Below, piece by piece: positions 14,357 through 25,747 of a stretch of DNA of 64,000 nucleotides. The number at the start of each line of letters is the position of its first letter. The stretch's first letter is position 1. A program made the translations under genes and the position numbers. The stretch spans positions 11,297,477 to 11,361,476 of the forward strand of contig CM082593.2 of the NCBI GenBank assembly GCA_040954595.2. Direction: 5' to 3'. A model generated the notes under the pieces. The model was not told the origin of the DNA and searched no databases. It worked only from the letters and a program-made list of their open reading frames with translations. This stretch comes from Balanoglossus misakiensis. Taxonomy: Eukaryota > Animalia > Hemichordata.

Positions 14357-17070
14357 AAAAAATGTGCCCTGTAGTCTTTCTTAGGACATGGTAGCGTGAC
14401 GTCGCATTGTAATTAACGGACGATCTTGGAAATTCGGCTATTAATGGTGAATGGACTTTCGCCTCCTTCGAACAACAACAGAGACTGACGTCGCAACAAT
14501 GACAGAAAAAGTGAAGCAAATGGCCGACAAAACGAAGAGAATCGGAAAACGGGCAGGATCCTCGGCACAGACATCTGGGAATAATACCACCACATCAAAT
14601 AGAACGACGAGTAGTGCAGGACAAACCGCCACCAGTGACTATGACAACAAGTCTGAAGGCGATGCTGGCGAACCCTTGCACAATACAACTACAGTCCTAC
14701 AGAGAAATGCAGCCCAGCGCCACTCAAGATTTTCCATTCCTGGTCTGGCAGCAGCCAAAATATGTTGTTGTTTTTTCTCTTAGAAGCGACCTCAGTCTGA
14801 GCTGCATGAGAATAAACTGTAGGTTGGGAATACAACAAAAAAACACGCAGTCGCTGCGGTCAACACGTAGCTATTAGTTTCGGTTTTATGTTCGCTACAG
14901 CTCGGAAACCAAAATGTGGTACAACTTCAAGCTACATAAACTGGAAAGCATAGTACGTGCAGAGCAGACCATGGTGACGAAAGCAGGTATTCTAGGTCGT
15001 AAGATAAAAACACGGCGCTAGAAAAACAGTCATCAAAAGTTGCACGTGTTCCCCGGCCAAAAATAATGTAATTGTTGGCGCACAGAAAGTCCAGTCGATA
15101 AACGTTTACGCTATAGAAACTCACTCTCTCAGCAAAAGTCTGACACCCTCGTCAATGACAAAACGCAAACCGAGCTGGGTATGATCAAGTCAAACATAGG
15201 GCCAATCCCCACTCTGTGTTTTATTATTTTCCACATACGATGGTTCTAAATAAAAATGTACCTATTTGAAATGCTTACCGAGGTAAGATCATTGAAAGTT
15301 TTCAAACGTTGATGACAAATGTATAACTGATTTTTTACAAATGAATAATCGCGCACTTGCATGTTATTTTCTCTATACCAGACACCGCGCGCGCGCCGTT
15401 GGCAAAAAAAAAACGCGGAAAATTATTGAGCATGCGCAGTCGATACTTCACAATGTAAACAAGATGGCGTCGCTGCCTATGCTTCTCGACCGCTGTCGCC
15501 TGACTATGTCGGCAAAGAAGAGACGAATTTAACCATGCAACGCCATATCGGAAGACAGAATGATCGCGAGATGAAACCGGGCTATCCAACGATTAGGCAG
15601 CCATGTTGACTGATTGGTATGTCGCCGAAGTAATTATTTGCCATTGATTTGTTTACCAGAAACGGTTTGCCTTTGGAACACATTTGGCCTCACCGAAATT
15701 GATTTCAGAGGTTTTTTCCCAAAAACTAATGACGTTCGTTTTCACCTGAGTGCGAGGATGGATTGAAGGGACACAAGCTTTTGTAGCCACCAATATTTTG
15801 ACACTCTTTATATCAATGTTGAGCTGGCATATTTGCTCCAATATGATGTAGTGTACCTGTTGCATTGAAATGAAGCTGTAATAATATTAAAGTGCAATCT
15901 AGTCCTTTGGGTTAATAGGAAAACGAGGTCAATAAATGACAGGTTTATTTAAATACAGGATATATTTATCACAAGCACTTATGCATATGTATGAGATACT
16001 TATTTATTTTTAATTTATTTTTTATTTTTTATTTATTTTGTACGTTCAGGTAATCATATGGATTTGTATGGAATCACATACACATTAATTGAAGACTATC
16101 ATATCACAGAAGTCGAGCCGCCAGATGTGTAAGGTAACTATTTAGGTTTCATGACTAAGTTTGTTTAAGAATTCATAAAGCTACCCAATGAATGAATTTC
16201 CTTAAAATTTCACAAATGTGACAGAGTTTGCAGTTGTGCAAGAAAGTGTGTATTATTCACATAAGAATTTTTTCGTATGCATTTTTCTGATGGCAATGCA
16301 TTTGACTGTAAACAAATATGGATGTCAGTTAGTAGTGCTATTTTGTCAGTGAAATGGCTTCATCATCATCCCTCCAACCAAAGTTGAAACAGAGTTGCAA
16401 ATATTGCACAGCTTGAAATCATAAAATGTTGCAAAATTGAACCAACCCTTTGGTCAACGATTATGTTCTTACAGCTATTATTAGAACCAGACAGTCTCAG
16501 GGAACAAGAGACATGGGCCTGATTGGAAGTTGAGTTAGAACTGCCTTTGCCTGCCCACGGACGCCCCAATTTCAGCAAAAATTATTGCATTAAAATATGA
16601 GTATGGAGAACTATGCTCTGCGTTTCTTTTGTTAGCTTACATAGCTGTTGTCATTCTAGTTTTTCCTCCGTCCTGTGAGCAGAGTTTCAGTTGCGAAAAC
16701 CGACAGTTCTCAAAGTACAAAAGTACACCTAAATTGCCTCGGTGATGAGCATGCAGAATTTATCTGATGCTTCTTACTGGCAGAAGGACCCCACCAGTTG
16801 CAGATTGTGAATTCCATGGCACAAGGGAATTTACGCTTTGCGTTCAAATATAAATAATTAAATCCTGTAAAATTATTCTATATGTTATTTATTGATGATT
16901 CAAAAGTGTTATGACTGATTGTGTTAGAGTACCTGTATTCCATATAAGCATGCTGTCAGTGCACATCCGATTGATAACAATTTCACATTTTTAAAAATTT
17001 GCTTCTCTGAATAATTATGAATACATAAAACTTCATATGATATAAATTGTCCTGATATCGTAAACATTAA

Positions 17071-17525
17071 ACCCCGATGCGTGGTATAAAAGACCCCCCA
17101 AATCAGTGGCGAATCTTAATGCCGTTTGACTGACAACAGACAACACCAACGATCTTGGCTCTAATGATCTTGGCTCTATGAAAATCGGCCCAAACAGATC
17201 CAAGCATAAAGAATTACACCACACAATGACAGTGGTTGGCTTTATAAACACACACAACATAAAGTTATCGATGAAAAAGTACACGAGCTTTTGAAACAAC
17301 GATGATTTTGGGAGAAATCTGGTTTCAGTGCTTTTCAGAAGCATCCCTGGGAAACAATAACCACGCCATTCAAACAGCTGTCAATCGCATAGAGGTGTAA
17401 AGTGTTCAATTATTTTCTATGTACATGAGATCAATTACACAGTTATTATGCACGACGACCACTCCCAAATAAACAACTGTACAAACACACGTTAATCCGA
17501 ACCCCAGTACTTTCCGCACCGGGGT
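17071..17525. mobile_element. 455-bp MITE with TTAA target-site duplication
   Basis: TTAA|ACCCCGATGCG...CGCACCGGGGT|TTAA; single TTAA at the empty mirror site 7287-7290. Confidence 0.85.
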
Positions 17526-18624
17526 TTAAGGCCTAATGCTAGTGTCACAACATTGATTACCAGACCGTTTCCCTCTGTATGTATGTATGTATGTATGTAT
17601 GTATGTATGTATGCAGCCATGTATGCATGTGTTTGTGTGTGTGTGTACATGTGTGTATGCATGTTACATGTATATATGGATGTATGTCTGCCCTGATCCA
17701 AAACATGAAACCATGCTTTTTTTATTTTGGTGTGTAGATGGGATTTTGCTGAAATGAAGTTGTCAATGCAAAAATACGCAAATAACCTGTGAAATATGTG
17801 GAATTGATCAAAACTCAACAACTGGTTAGACTGCTTTGAACATTTGTATGCATGTAGGTAATGTCATCATACCTGATATACTTTGAGTTTATATCGTGAA
17901 TTGTCTATTTTTTATGCAATTATTTTGTCTTGTTTTACCATTTGAAAAAAAATCTTTTCCTCTTAAAGAGATTGGCTGATTTCTTTAGAATTTAGTATGA
18001 CACTTCCGGTAGGTGATCTTAGTTGGTTTTGTTTAAATTGTCGCAGAATTTGTAATCTGTCATTTTTGGTCAAAATTCATTTTCTGAGAAACTCCTTAGA
18101 TTGATTTTAAATTTTGGTATGCTTGTTCCAAGAGGTAACCCAAGTAATGTTGTATATCATTTTGGTGAAATTTACATATTGTGGTCTTGGGGCAATTTTT
18201 GCAATTTGTATTCTTTGAAACTACTAGTCAGATTGCTTTCAACTTTGGTAGGCGTGGTGATTGAAGTAGATATTATACAATTTGTTGATAGTTGGATAGA
18301 TGTGGTTTGAGGCAGTTTTTGTCATTGTTGAATGTTGTTTTCCCTAAAATACTTGTCTGGTTCCTTTGAAATGTTCTTACAGTAGGTCATATCTGCTTGC
18401 CAATGTCACATGATTTTTCCCATGAACACAGACATACCTAATTTTGTGTAATCCCCAGATGGGACCACAGTGTGTAATAACCTGACCAACAGTGACTAGT
18501 ATATCCTGTGTGTTATACAGTACTTCTCACAAGGTTGAAGTACATGTAGACTGTTGATGATTTTTTGCGATTCTTCAGAAACTTACAATACAGAGTCTAA
18601 TGTGGTAACGTCCATGGTCACATT

Positions 18625-20117
18625 AGTCCTGTTTCAAAATGACCTACATTACACGTCCTATACACATGTATTGCAAGTTTTGATTGGTTTATCCGCTTCT
18701 CTTAGGTCCACTTGCGGCACGCTGATTGGAGGGACCTTGTAGGTTAGGTCTTATTATTATGTATTATTCACTAGACCTTGTAGGTTAGGTCTTATTACTA
18801 TGCATTTTTCGCTTTACAGCTCCCTGATTGGTTAACGTGTCAGTCTGGTCCCCCATGTGTTCACTGCCTCATAATACAGGACCTTGTAGGTTAGGTCATA
18901 TTAATATGTATTTATTCACCATACAGCTCCCTGATTGGTTAACGTGTCAGTCTGGTCTCCCAGTGTTCACTGCCTCATTGTGAAATGTCCCATGTGCTTC
19001 CTGGCTAGCGTTGTGGTAACACATTATTCGGGATGTCCGCAGGTCATTCATTAATTTTCTGAGAAATAGCCTGACTGATACTATCTCCAACATAAACCGC
19101 ACCCTGGAAAGATTAACATTTTTAGATGGACTTCGAAAATCTGATTAACACATTTAAGCATTTTTGCTAACAGTTGTATATTTTCTTAAATCACCCTCCT
19201 ACTTCTCATCATCAATATTATTATTGTTGTTTTACTATTTTAAAGTAAATTTGTTTTGACGTAGATGTTGTGAAAAGGAGTACGTTGTCCGTTTATACAT
19301 TCGTATATTGTTTTCATAAAAATGGAACTATGACGGTGCAGCTTCGTGAAAGAAGTACAATAAAAGTAATCATACCTGTAAAGCAACTAATGAGGTATCC
19401 CAATTAAAGAAATGCAATGCTATTCTAAACAGTTCTATTGTAAGATATTTTTGGTTTGCTCGAATGAATAGCACACACTTCGTATTCAGCCAGGTGTTAC
19501 ACGAAGTGATGCGCTGAAAAGCATTACGTAACAAAACACTAGCCCATTTCAACAAACCGCCACTGGAAATAAAATAAAAAAATTCTCCTGGCAATTTTTA
19601 TTTCGAGTATCTAGTTCACAGTATCACAAAAAAATGCCATGAATAGTGAAGGAAAGGTTAAATCCAATCATTATATGAGTGCCTTTCTTTATACACTGGG
19701 ATCGAGCTTCGACAACGCGCAGGCAGCATGCCAGACAGAATACGACAACTGTATTCAGAAAGTACAAAAGACTTTGCATAACGAGGCAGTGAAAATTGGA
19801 GACCTACACATTAACCAATCAGGGAGCTGAAAATTGAATAAATGCATGTTAATAAGACCTAACCTACAAGGTCCTGCATAATGAGGCAGTGAACACTGGA
19901 GGACCAGACCTACACATTAACCAATCAGGGAGCTGTAAAGTGAATAATACATAGTAATAAGACCTAACCTACAAGGTCTAGTGAATAATACATAATAATA
20001 AGACCTAACACATAAGGTCCCTCCAATCACCGTGCCTCAAGTGGACCTAAGATTACCAGATGGACCAATCACAGATGTCGGTACATATGTCATGGACCTG
20101 ACTTATGAAACATGACT
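18625..20117. mobile_element. 1.5-kb non-autonomous DNA transposon with about 350-bp internally repetitive TIRs
   Basis: AGTCCTGTTTCA...TGAAACATGACT; TIRs 18625-18980 and 19775-20117 contain three GACCTTGTAGGTTAGGTC subrepeats; flanked by ATT and TTT; empty site at about 6175-6182. Confidence 0.8.
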
Positions 20118-20655
20118 TTTCAGAACTACCTAGTCTATGCCCGGCAGTGTTCTGTCCGCTTTGCTTCCAAAACTAATGTCTGGCCTCACTCATGCCACTT
20201 GCCCAATAAACTAATACCCCTTGCTGTGAATTATGATGTAACTAGCGTCGCTTTGAAGCCTATCACATTCCTGAACAGTGTTGATTTGGTGTAAGATTAT
20301 AGTGAAGGCAGGGCTTATTACATTGAAAATGCTACCCAACCTTAATTACACGTATGTATATCCTTTGTCTAATCATTGGAAAAACAATGTACATGTACCA
20401 AAGACTAAGTAGCTATTTGAAGGTGAAACGCAAGTGGGCACTTTCATTACTTAACCTCAAGCAGTCGGTTAGCTACCGTATACTAAGACAAACATTCCTG
20501 GTGTAATTAACATCACTGTCATTAGTAATATCTATCTCCAATCAGTATCAGTTCTGCCTTTATGTTATTTTAAGTCAATTGTCAAGGTTCATGTACATAT
20601 ATTACAGCTTAACTGTCTTGTCAAAAACTTACGCATGTACATGTACCTAATTCTA

Positions 20656-21861
20656 GGCTTACCTGTAGGGTTAGAGATACAGTGTTTTATATTAATATGC
20701 ATTAATATGAAACTAAAATTTGATGGTTAATTTAAGACCCCCCTGAGCAATGGTAACCTCGTTAAATATGTGCATATCTAATTCTAGGCTATTCAGCTGA
20801 AGTAGAAACCTGGACATGGACAACTTCGGGGTCAAAATCTTTTGACAAACATTTGTGTGATCTTGGGTAAACTTTGACCTACATTCCTATATTTTAGCAT
20901 CCGGAGCAGATACAACCTTGACACTTGGAGTGATGGAACTATTTGATTTAGTATTATGTCTTGCCTCATTAATTATGTACTTACCTAATGCCAGCCTAAC
21001 CAATAGGGCTGGAAGTCTGGCTTTTTGGACATGATAAATTTGAGATCAACATTTTTCTACAGCAGCCAGCCTTCTCTTAAAAAGAATGGACAATATAAAG
21101 GCTTTGATGGTATACTGAACTTTTGACTCCCTCCCTGAGACTGTGTGCCAATGACGGGATAGCCTACTCAGCGTTGGGTAGATCCTAAGAAGGCCTCAGC
21201 CAGGCATCAAATACAAAAAGCGGAAATCCAAGCTTTAATGGTGGGTTACATCGTTAACTTCCCTGCAGAGCTGATTTCTCAGACTGTGAGCCAATGACGG
21301 GTAAAGCCCCTAGGTAGGGGCCACCTAAGACAGGCCGGTCATGCTTTAATCACAAAGAAGGGCAAGTTTAGTCTTACCACAACTTTGTCTGCTGTATATG
21401 CTTCATTAAGATTGCAGAGTATTTTGAGAATACATTGTGTTAAGGCAGTGTGACCAGCTAAAAAGTACTGGCAAACACAGCCAATGTGTAATGAAAAACA
21501 TCTAATTTGGCTGAATAAAAGACATAAAACACAGCAAAAGCACTGTGACTAGCTGAGACAAAATACTCCATTATGCAGTTCCATCACTCCAAGTGTCAAG
21601 GATGTATCTGTGCCGGATGCCAAGATATAGGAATGTAGGTCAAAGTTTACCCAAGATCACCCAACATTTTGTCAAAAGATTTTGACCCCAAAGTTGTCCA
21701 TGTCCAGGTTTCTACCGCAACTGGATAGCCTAGAATTAGATATGTACATATTTAATGAGGTTACCATGGATCAAGGCAGTCCTAAGTAAACCATCAAATT
21801 TTTAAATTCATGTTAATTCATGTTAATATAAAACGCTGTATCTCTAACCCACTGGTATGCC
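20656..21861. mobile_element. 1.2-kb foldback/MITE-like element (copy 2, mirror position)
   Basis: TIRs at 20656-20960 and 21555-21861; core nearly identical to the reverse complement of 4770-5355. Confidence 0.7.
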
Positions 21862-24289
21862 ATTCTGTGTTTCATGCTACCCAATATGGGTAAGTAGGTA
21901 AAAAGTCACCCTAGGCCATCTGAAATTTTGCTGAAAAAATCTCGTCTCTTACATATGTACATTTGGTAAAAGGGAAATTTTAATCACGGAGTAGAACATA
22001 TTCATAAAAAATATTTGAGGGAAAGAAGGAAGTTTTTCATAGCTTTGGTGCGTCAAATAGTAGAGAGGTTCCCTTGTTATCCTTAGACTCAAACTCAGAG
22101 TTTCCAATCTTTCAGTATTTTCATGATATTACTTTCCATCTTAGATTTGTTCATCTAAACAAACTGACTGATAGGTATACATGAACATTTTATTGACTAA
22201 TGAATGTGCATGTATGTTGCAATTTAAAGAAGTCAGATATTAAACGAGCGCCACACCTGTTTTAATCAGCCTCCATATGGAGGGTACACATCGCAGAGAG
22301 ATGACAAACCCCATGCAAATTCAAGTAATATGGCTCAATGGTGCTGATTTTAAATGATAGGTGGATGATTTGAAAAATGTTATTGTGGAAAAAGATGTGT
22401 AAAATTTGGCAGCTTGTGAGGCTTTAATTGTAAAATCTTTGAAATGTGTTTTACTCTTTAGGTCCAATTTTGTATATGTCAATATACCATTGGGACCAAT
22501 GTGAAATTGTTCTAAACTCAGAAACTCAAGAAGGTACTGGTCAGATTGCTTTAGAAATTGGTGTGTATTTATGTTATTGAGACTTTATACAGATTTTATT
22601 TTTCATTTTTGAAGTATATTTTGGGGTGATTTTGGTCGTCATATACTCAGAAACCTCTACCCACATTTTTTTTAAAATTTGGTTTGCATGTTCTTAGGTG
22701 TGATTTTATGACAATTTAACAAACCCAGTGATGGAAGTGACAATATTTTTTTTTTTTTTTTGGCAATTACTGCCATTTTTGTCTGATTGCTTCGCAATTT
22801 AGTTTGCAGTTTCTAGGGAATTCTTACTGTGGTGCACAAAATTCTCAAAGGTGATTTACTATCCTCATGCGCTTTGTTGAACTGGCACCCTGTTGCAAAA
22901 CAGACATTACAACACTCTTTGAATTGAATTCATAGCTACCAATTTTTCGGGGGTGTAGCACCTTTTTTATGCCTAAAACTTTGATCGAGAACTTCAAATT
23001 AAATGCAACCCTCCAAATATTTGCAATATTTCAGGTAAAATGATTTCATTTTAAAGCATAAATTTTGATGTATTCATAATCATTAAGAGAAACACATTTT
23101 GAAAATAGAATATTAATCACACTAGCAGTCATAATACTTTTGAATCATCACTTAAGAACATATAGAAAAATTAAACAGGTGTTAATTATTTATATTTGAA
23201 CGCAAAGCGTAAATTCCCTTGTGCCATGGAATTGACAATCTGCAACTGGTGGGGTCCTTCTGCCAGTAAAAAGCATCAGATAAATTCTGCATGCTCATCA
23301 CCGAGGCAATTTAGGTGTACTTTTGTACTTTGAGAACTGTCGGTTTTCGCAACTGAAACTCTGTTCACAGGACAGAGGAAAAACTAGAATGACAACAGCT
23401 ATGTAAGCTAACAAAAGGAACACAGAGCATAGTTCTCCATACTCACATTTTGATGCAATAATTTTTGCTGAAACTGGGGCGTCCGTGGGCAGGCAAAGGC
23501 AGTTCTAACTCGACTTGCAAATAAGGCCCATGTCTCTTGTTCGCTGAGATTGTCTGGTTCTAATAATAGCTGTAAGAACTTGATCATTGACCGAACTGTT
23601 GGTTCAATTTTGCAACATTTTATGATTTCAAGCTGTGCAATATTTGCAACTCAGTTTCAACTTTGGTTGGAGGGATGATGATGAAGCCATTTCACTGACA
23701 AAATAGCGCTACTGACTGATGTCAATGTTTGTTTACAGTCAAATGCATTGCCATCATAAAAATACATGTGAGAAATTTCCTATGTGTATGATACACACTT
23801 TTGTGCATGACTGCAAACTCTGTTACAGTTGTGAAATTCTAAGGGTTGAATTCATTGGGTAGAATTCATGTTTTTTGGATTCTTAAACAACCAGTCACGA
23901 AAGCTAAGTGGTTACCTCAGAGAAACTGTGTTAAATTTGGTCATCAATTGCTTTAAATCACACAAGACATTCCCAGAGCTAAAGTTACTGCAGCAGTCAG
24001 TTTCAACTCAGCTTGCAAATTGGGATCATGTCTTGTGTTCATCGAGACTGTCTGTAGTCGAGTTGACAGTCCTATGGGGTCAATGATGAACCTACAAATG
24101 TTCTTTCCAATGAAATTGTTATAAATCTAATATTCAGGATTTGCATTCATACCTTAAACAATATAACTGTATTGCAAATATGGCAACTCTTCTAAGTTGC
24201 ATTGGAACACCTTCTCGCCACTGTTTGTGCCAAAATGGTGAATAAGCTTTCATTTTCAAGCCTTAACATAGGCACCCAAAACAAGACAA

Positions 24290-25140
24290 CAGCATTGCAA
24301 ATATGGCATTTTTTGTTCAACTCTTCTCATTTGCATAGTCCAAAATGGCCGCCAAACTCCTCTAACATGTAAATTTCCTATGGTCGTCTTAAATAGTGTG
24401 TATATATCGCATTTGAAGGGTTTTCATCAATATGGGTACCTAAAACAATTTCAACGTGGTTGACATTGCAATGTTAGACAGCTGTTCTAATTTGCATAAT
24501 CTAGAATGGCCGACAAACTTCTCTCACATGTAAATTTACTATGGTTGTCTTTAATAGTGTGTAATATCGCATTTGCAGGGTTTTCATCAATATGGGTACC
24601 TAAAACAATTTCAACGTCGTTGACATGGCAATATTAGACAACTGTTCTAATTTGCATAATCCAAATGGCCGACAAACTTCTCTAACATGTAAATTTACTA
24701 TGGTTGTCTTTAATAGTGTGTAATATCGCATTTGCAGGGTTTTCATCAATATGGGTACCTAAAACAATTTCAACGTCGTTGACATGGCAATATTAGACAA
24801 CTGTTCTAATTTGCATAATCCAAAATGGCCACCAAACTCTTCTTAAATGTAAATTTCCCTGTTTTGTCTTATATGGTGCCTAAAATCGCATTTGCAGGGT
24901 TTTCATCAATATGGGTAACTAAAACAATTTCAGCGTGGTTGACATGGCAATATTAGACAACTGTTCTAATTTGCATAATCCAAATGGCCGACAAACTTCT
25001 CTAACATGTAAATTTCCCTGGTTTGTCTTATATGGTGTGTAATATCGCATTTTCACGGTTTTAATTAATATGGGTACCTAAAACAATTTCAACGTGGTTG
25101 ACATGGCAATATTAGACAACTGTTCTAATTTGCATAATTC
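24290..25140 (+). repeat. tandem array, 159-160-bp unit, about 5 copies
   Basis: CATCAATATGGGTA recurs at 24425, 24585, 24744 and 24904, with a variant near 25063. Confidence 0.9.
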
Positions 25141-25747
25141 GAACACCTGCTGGATAATTTAATTTTTGCCCTTCTTGTCCCATGATTATATGTGTAATAT
25201 CTCATTTTCAATGTGTTTACATGTATATATGCAGAATCCATTTCAAACTAAGTGGGCATATTGTAGCGCCAATCTTATTTCTTAATCCGCACCACAGAAC
25301 TGATGCAAGGTTTAGGACTGGAAATGTATGTGGCCACTGGCCGACACCCCGGGCGAGAGGTCTCCAATTATTTTCAGCATGTAGTGTGCTTCCCGGTTGA
25401 TAACATCAATATGTGTAAATGCCAAAAACCCGACCTATTGTAATACCAGTCAAATTTTCTTTGTCATTTACCATTTTTCTCTTGCATATGAAGGTTTTTC
25501 TTAAAGAGTACATACCCATATACATTTGTATGGGAGCACACATCCCCACCCCCTGCCAACAATAATTGGACAACTTTATTCTTCTTATACTTCTTTTTAG
25601 TCTAAACATTCATATAGAGAAGGCAACATGTTCTTGAAGCTGCTGACTATGGAAATATGATGAAGTACATTTTCCTAGTTGTACATGTACAGTATGATAG
25701 GCCCAATGTACCAATTGGAGATGTGTGCCTTACAGGCAACATACATG

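Larger units (their letters stand above)
15426..23710 (-). repeat. right arm of giant inverted repeat 1
   Basis: Mirror of 232-9130; a 6.3-kb unique spacer lies at 9131-15425. Confidence 0.9.

Noticed and set aside
14451-14783. Ser/Thr-rich 110-aa ORF
   Set aside because: Low complexity, no recognisable domain or exon chain; possibly a retroelement ORF1 start, but unsupported
232-23710. Assembly artefact (read fold-back) as the cause of the palindromes
   Set aside because: The arms are diverged and carry arm-specific insertions with TSDs
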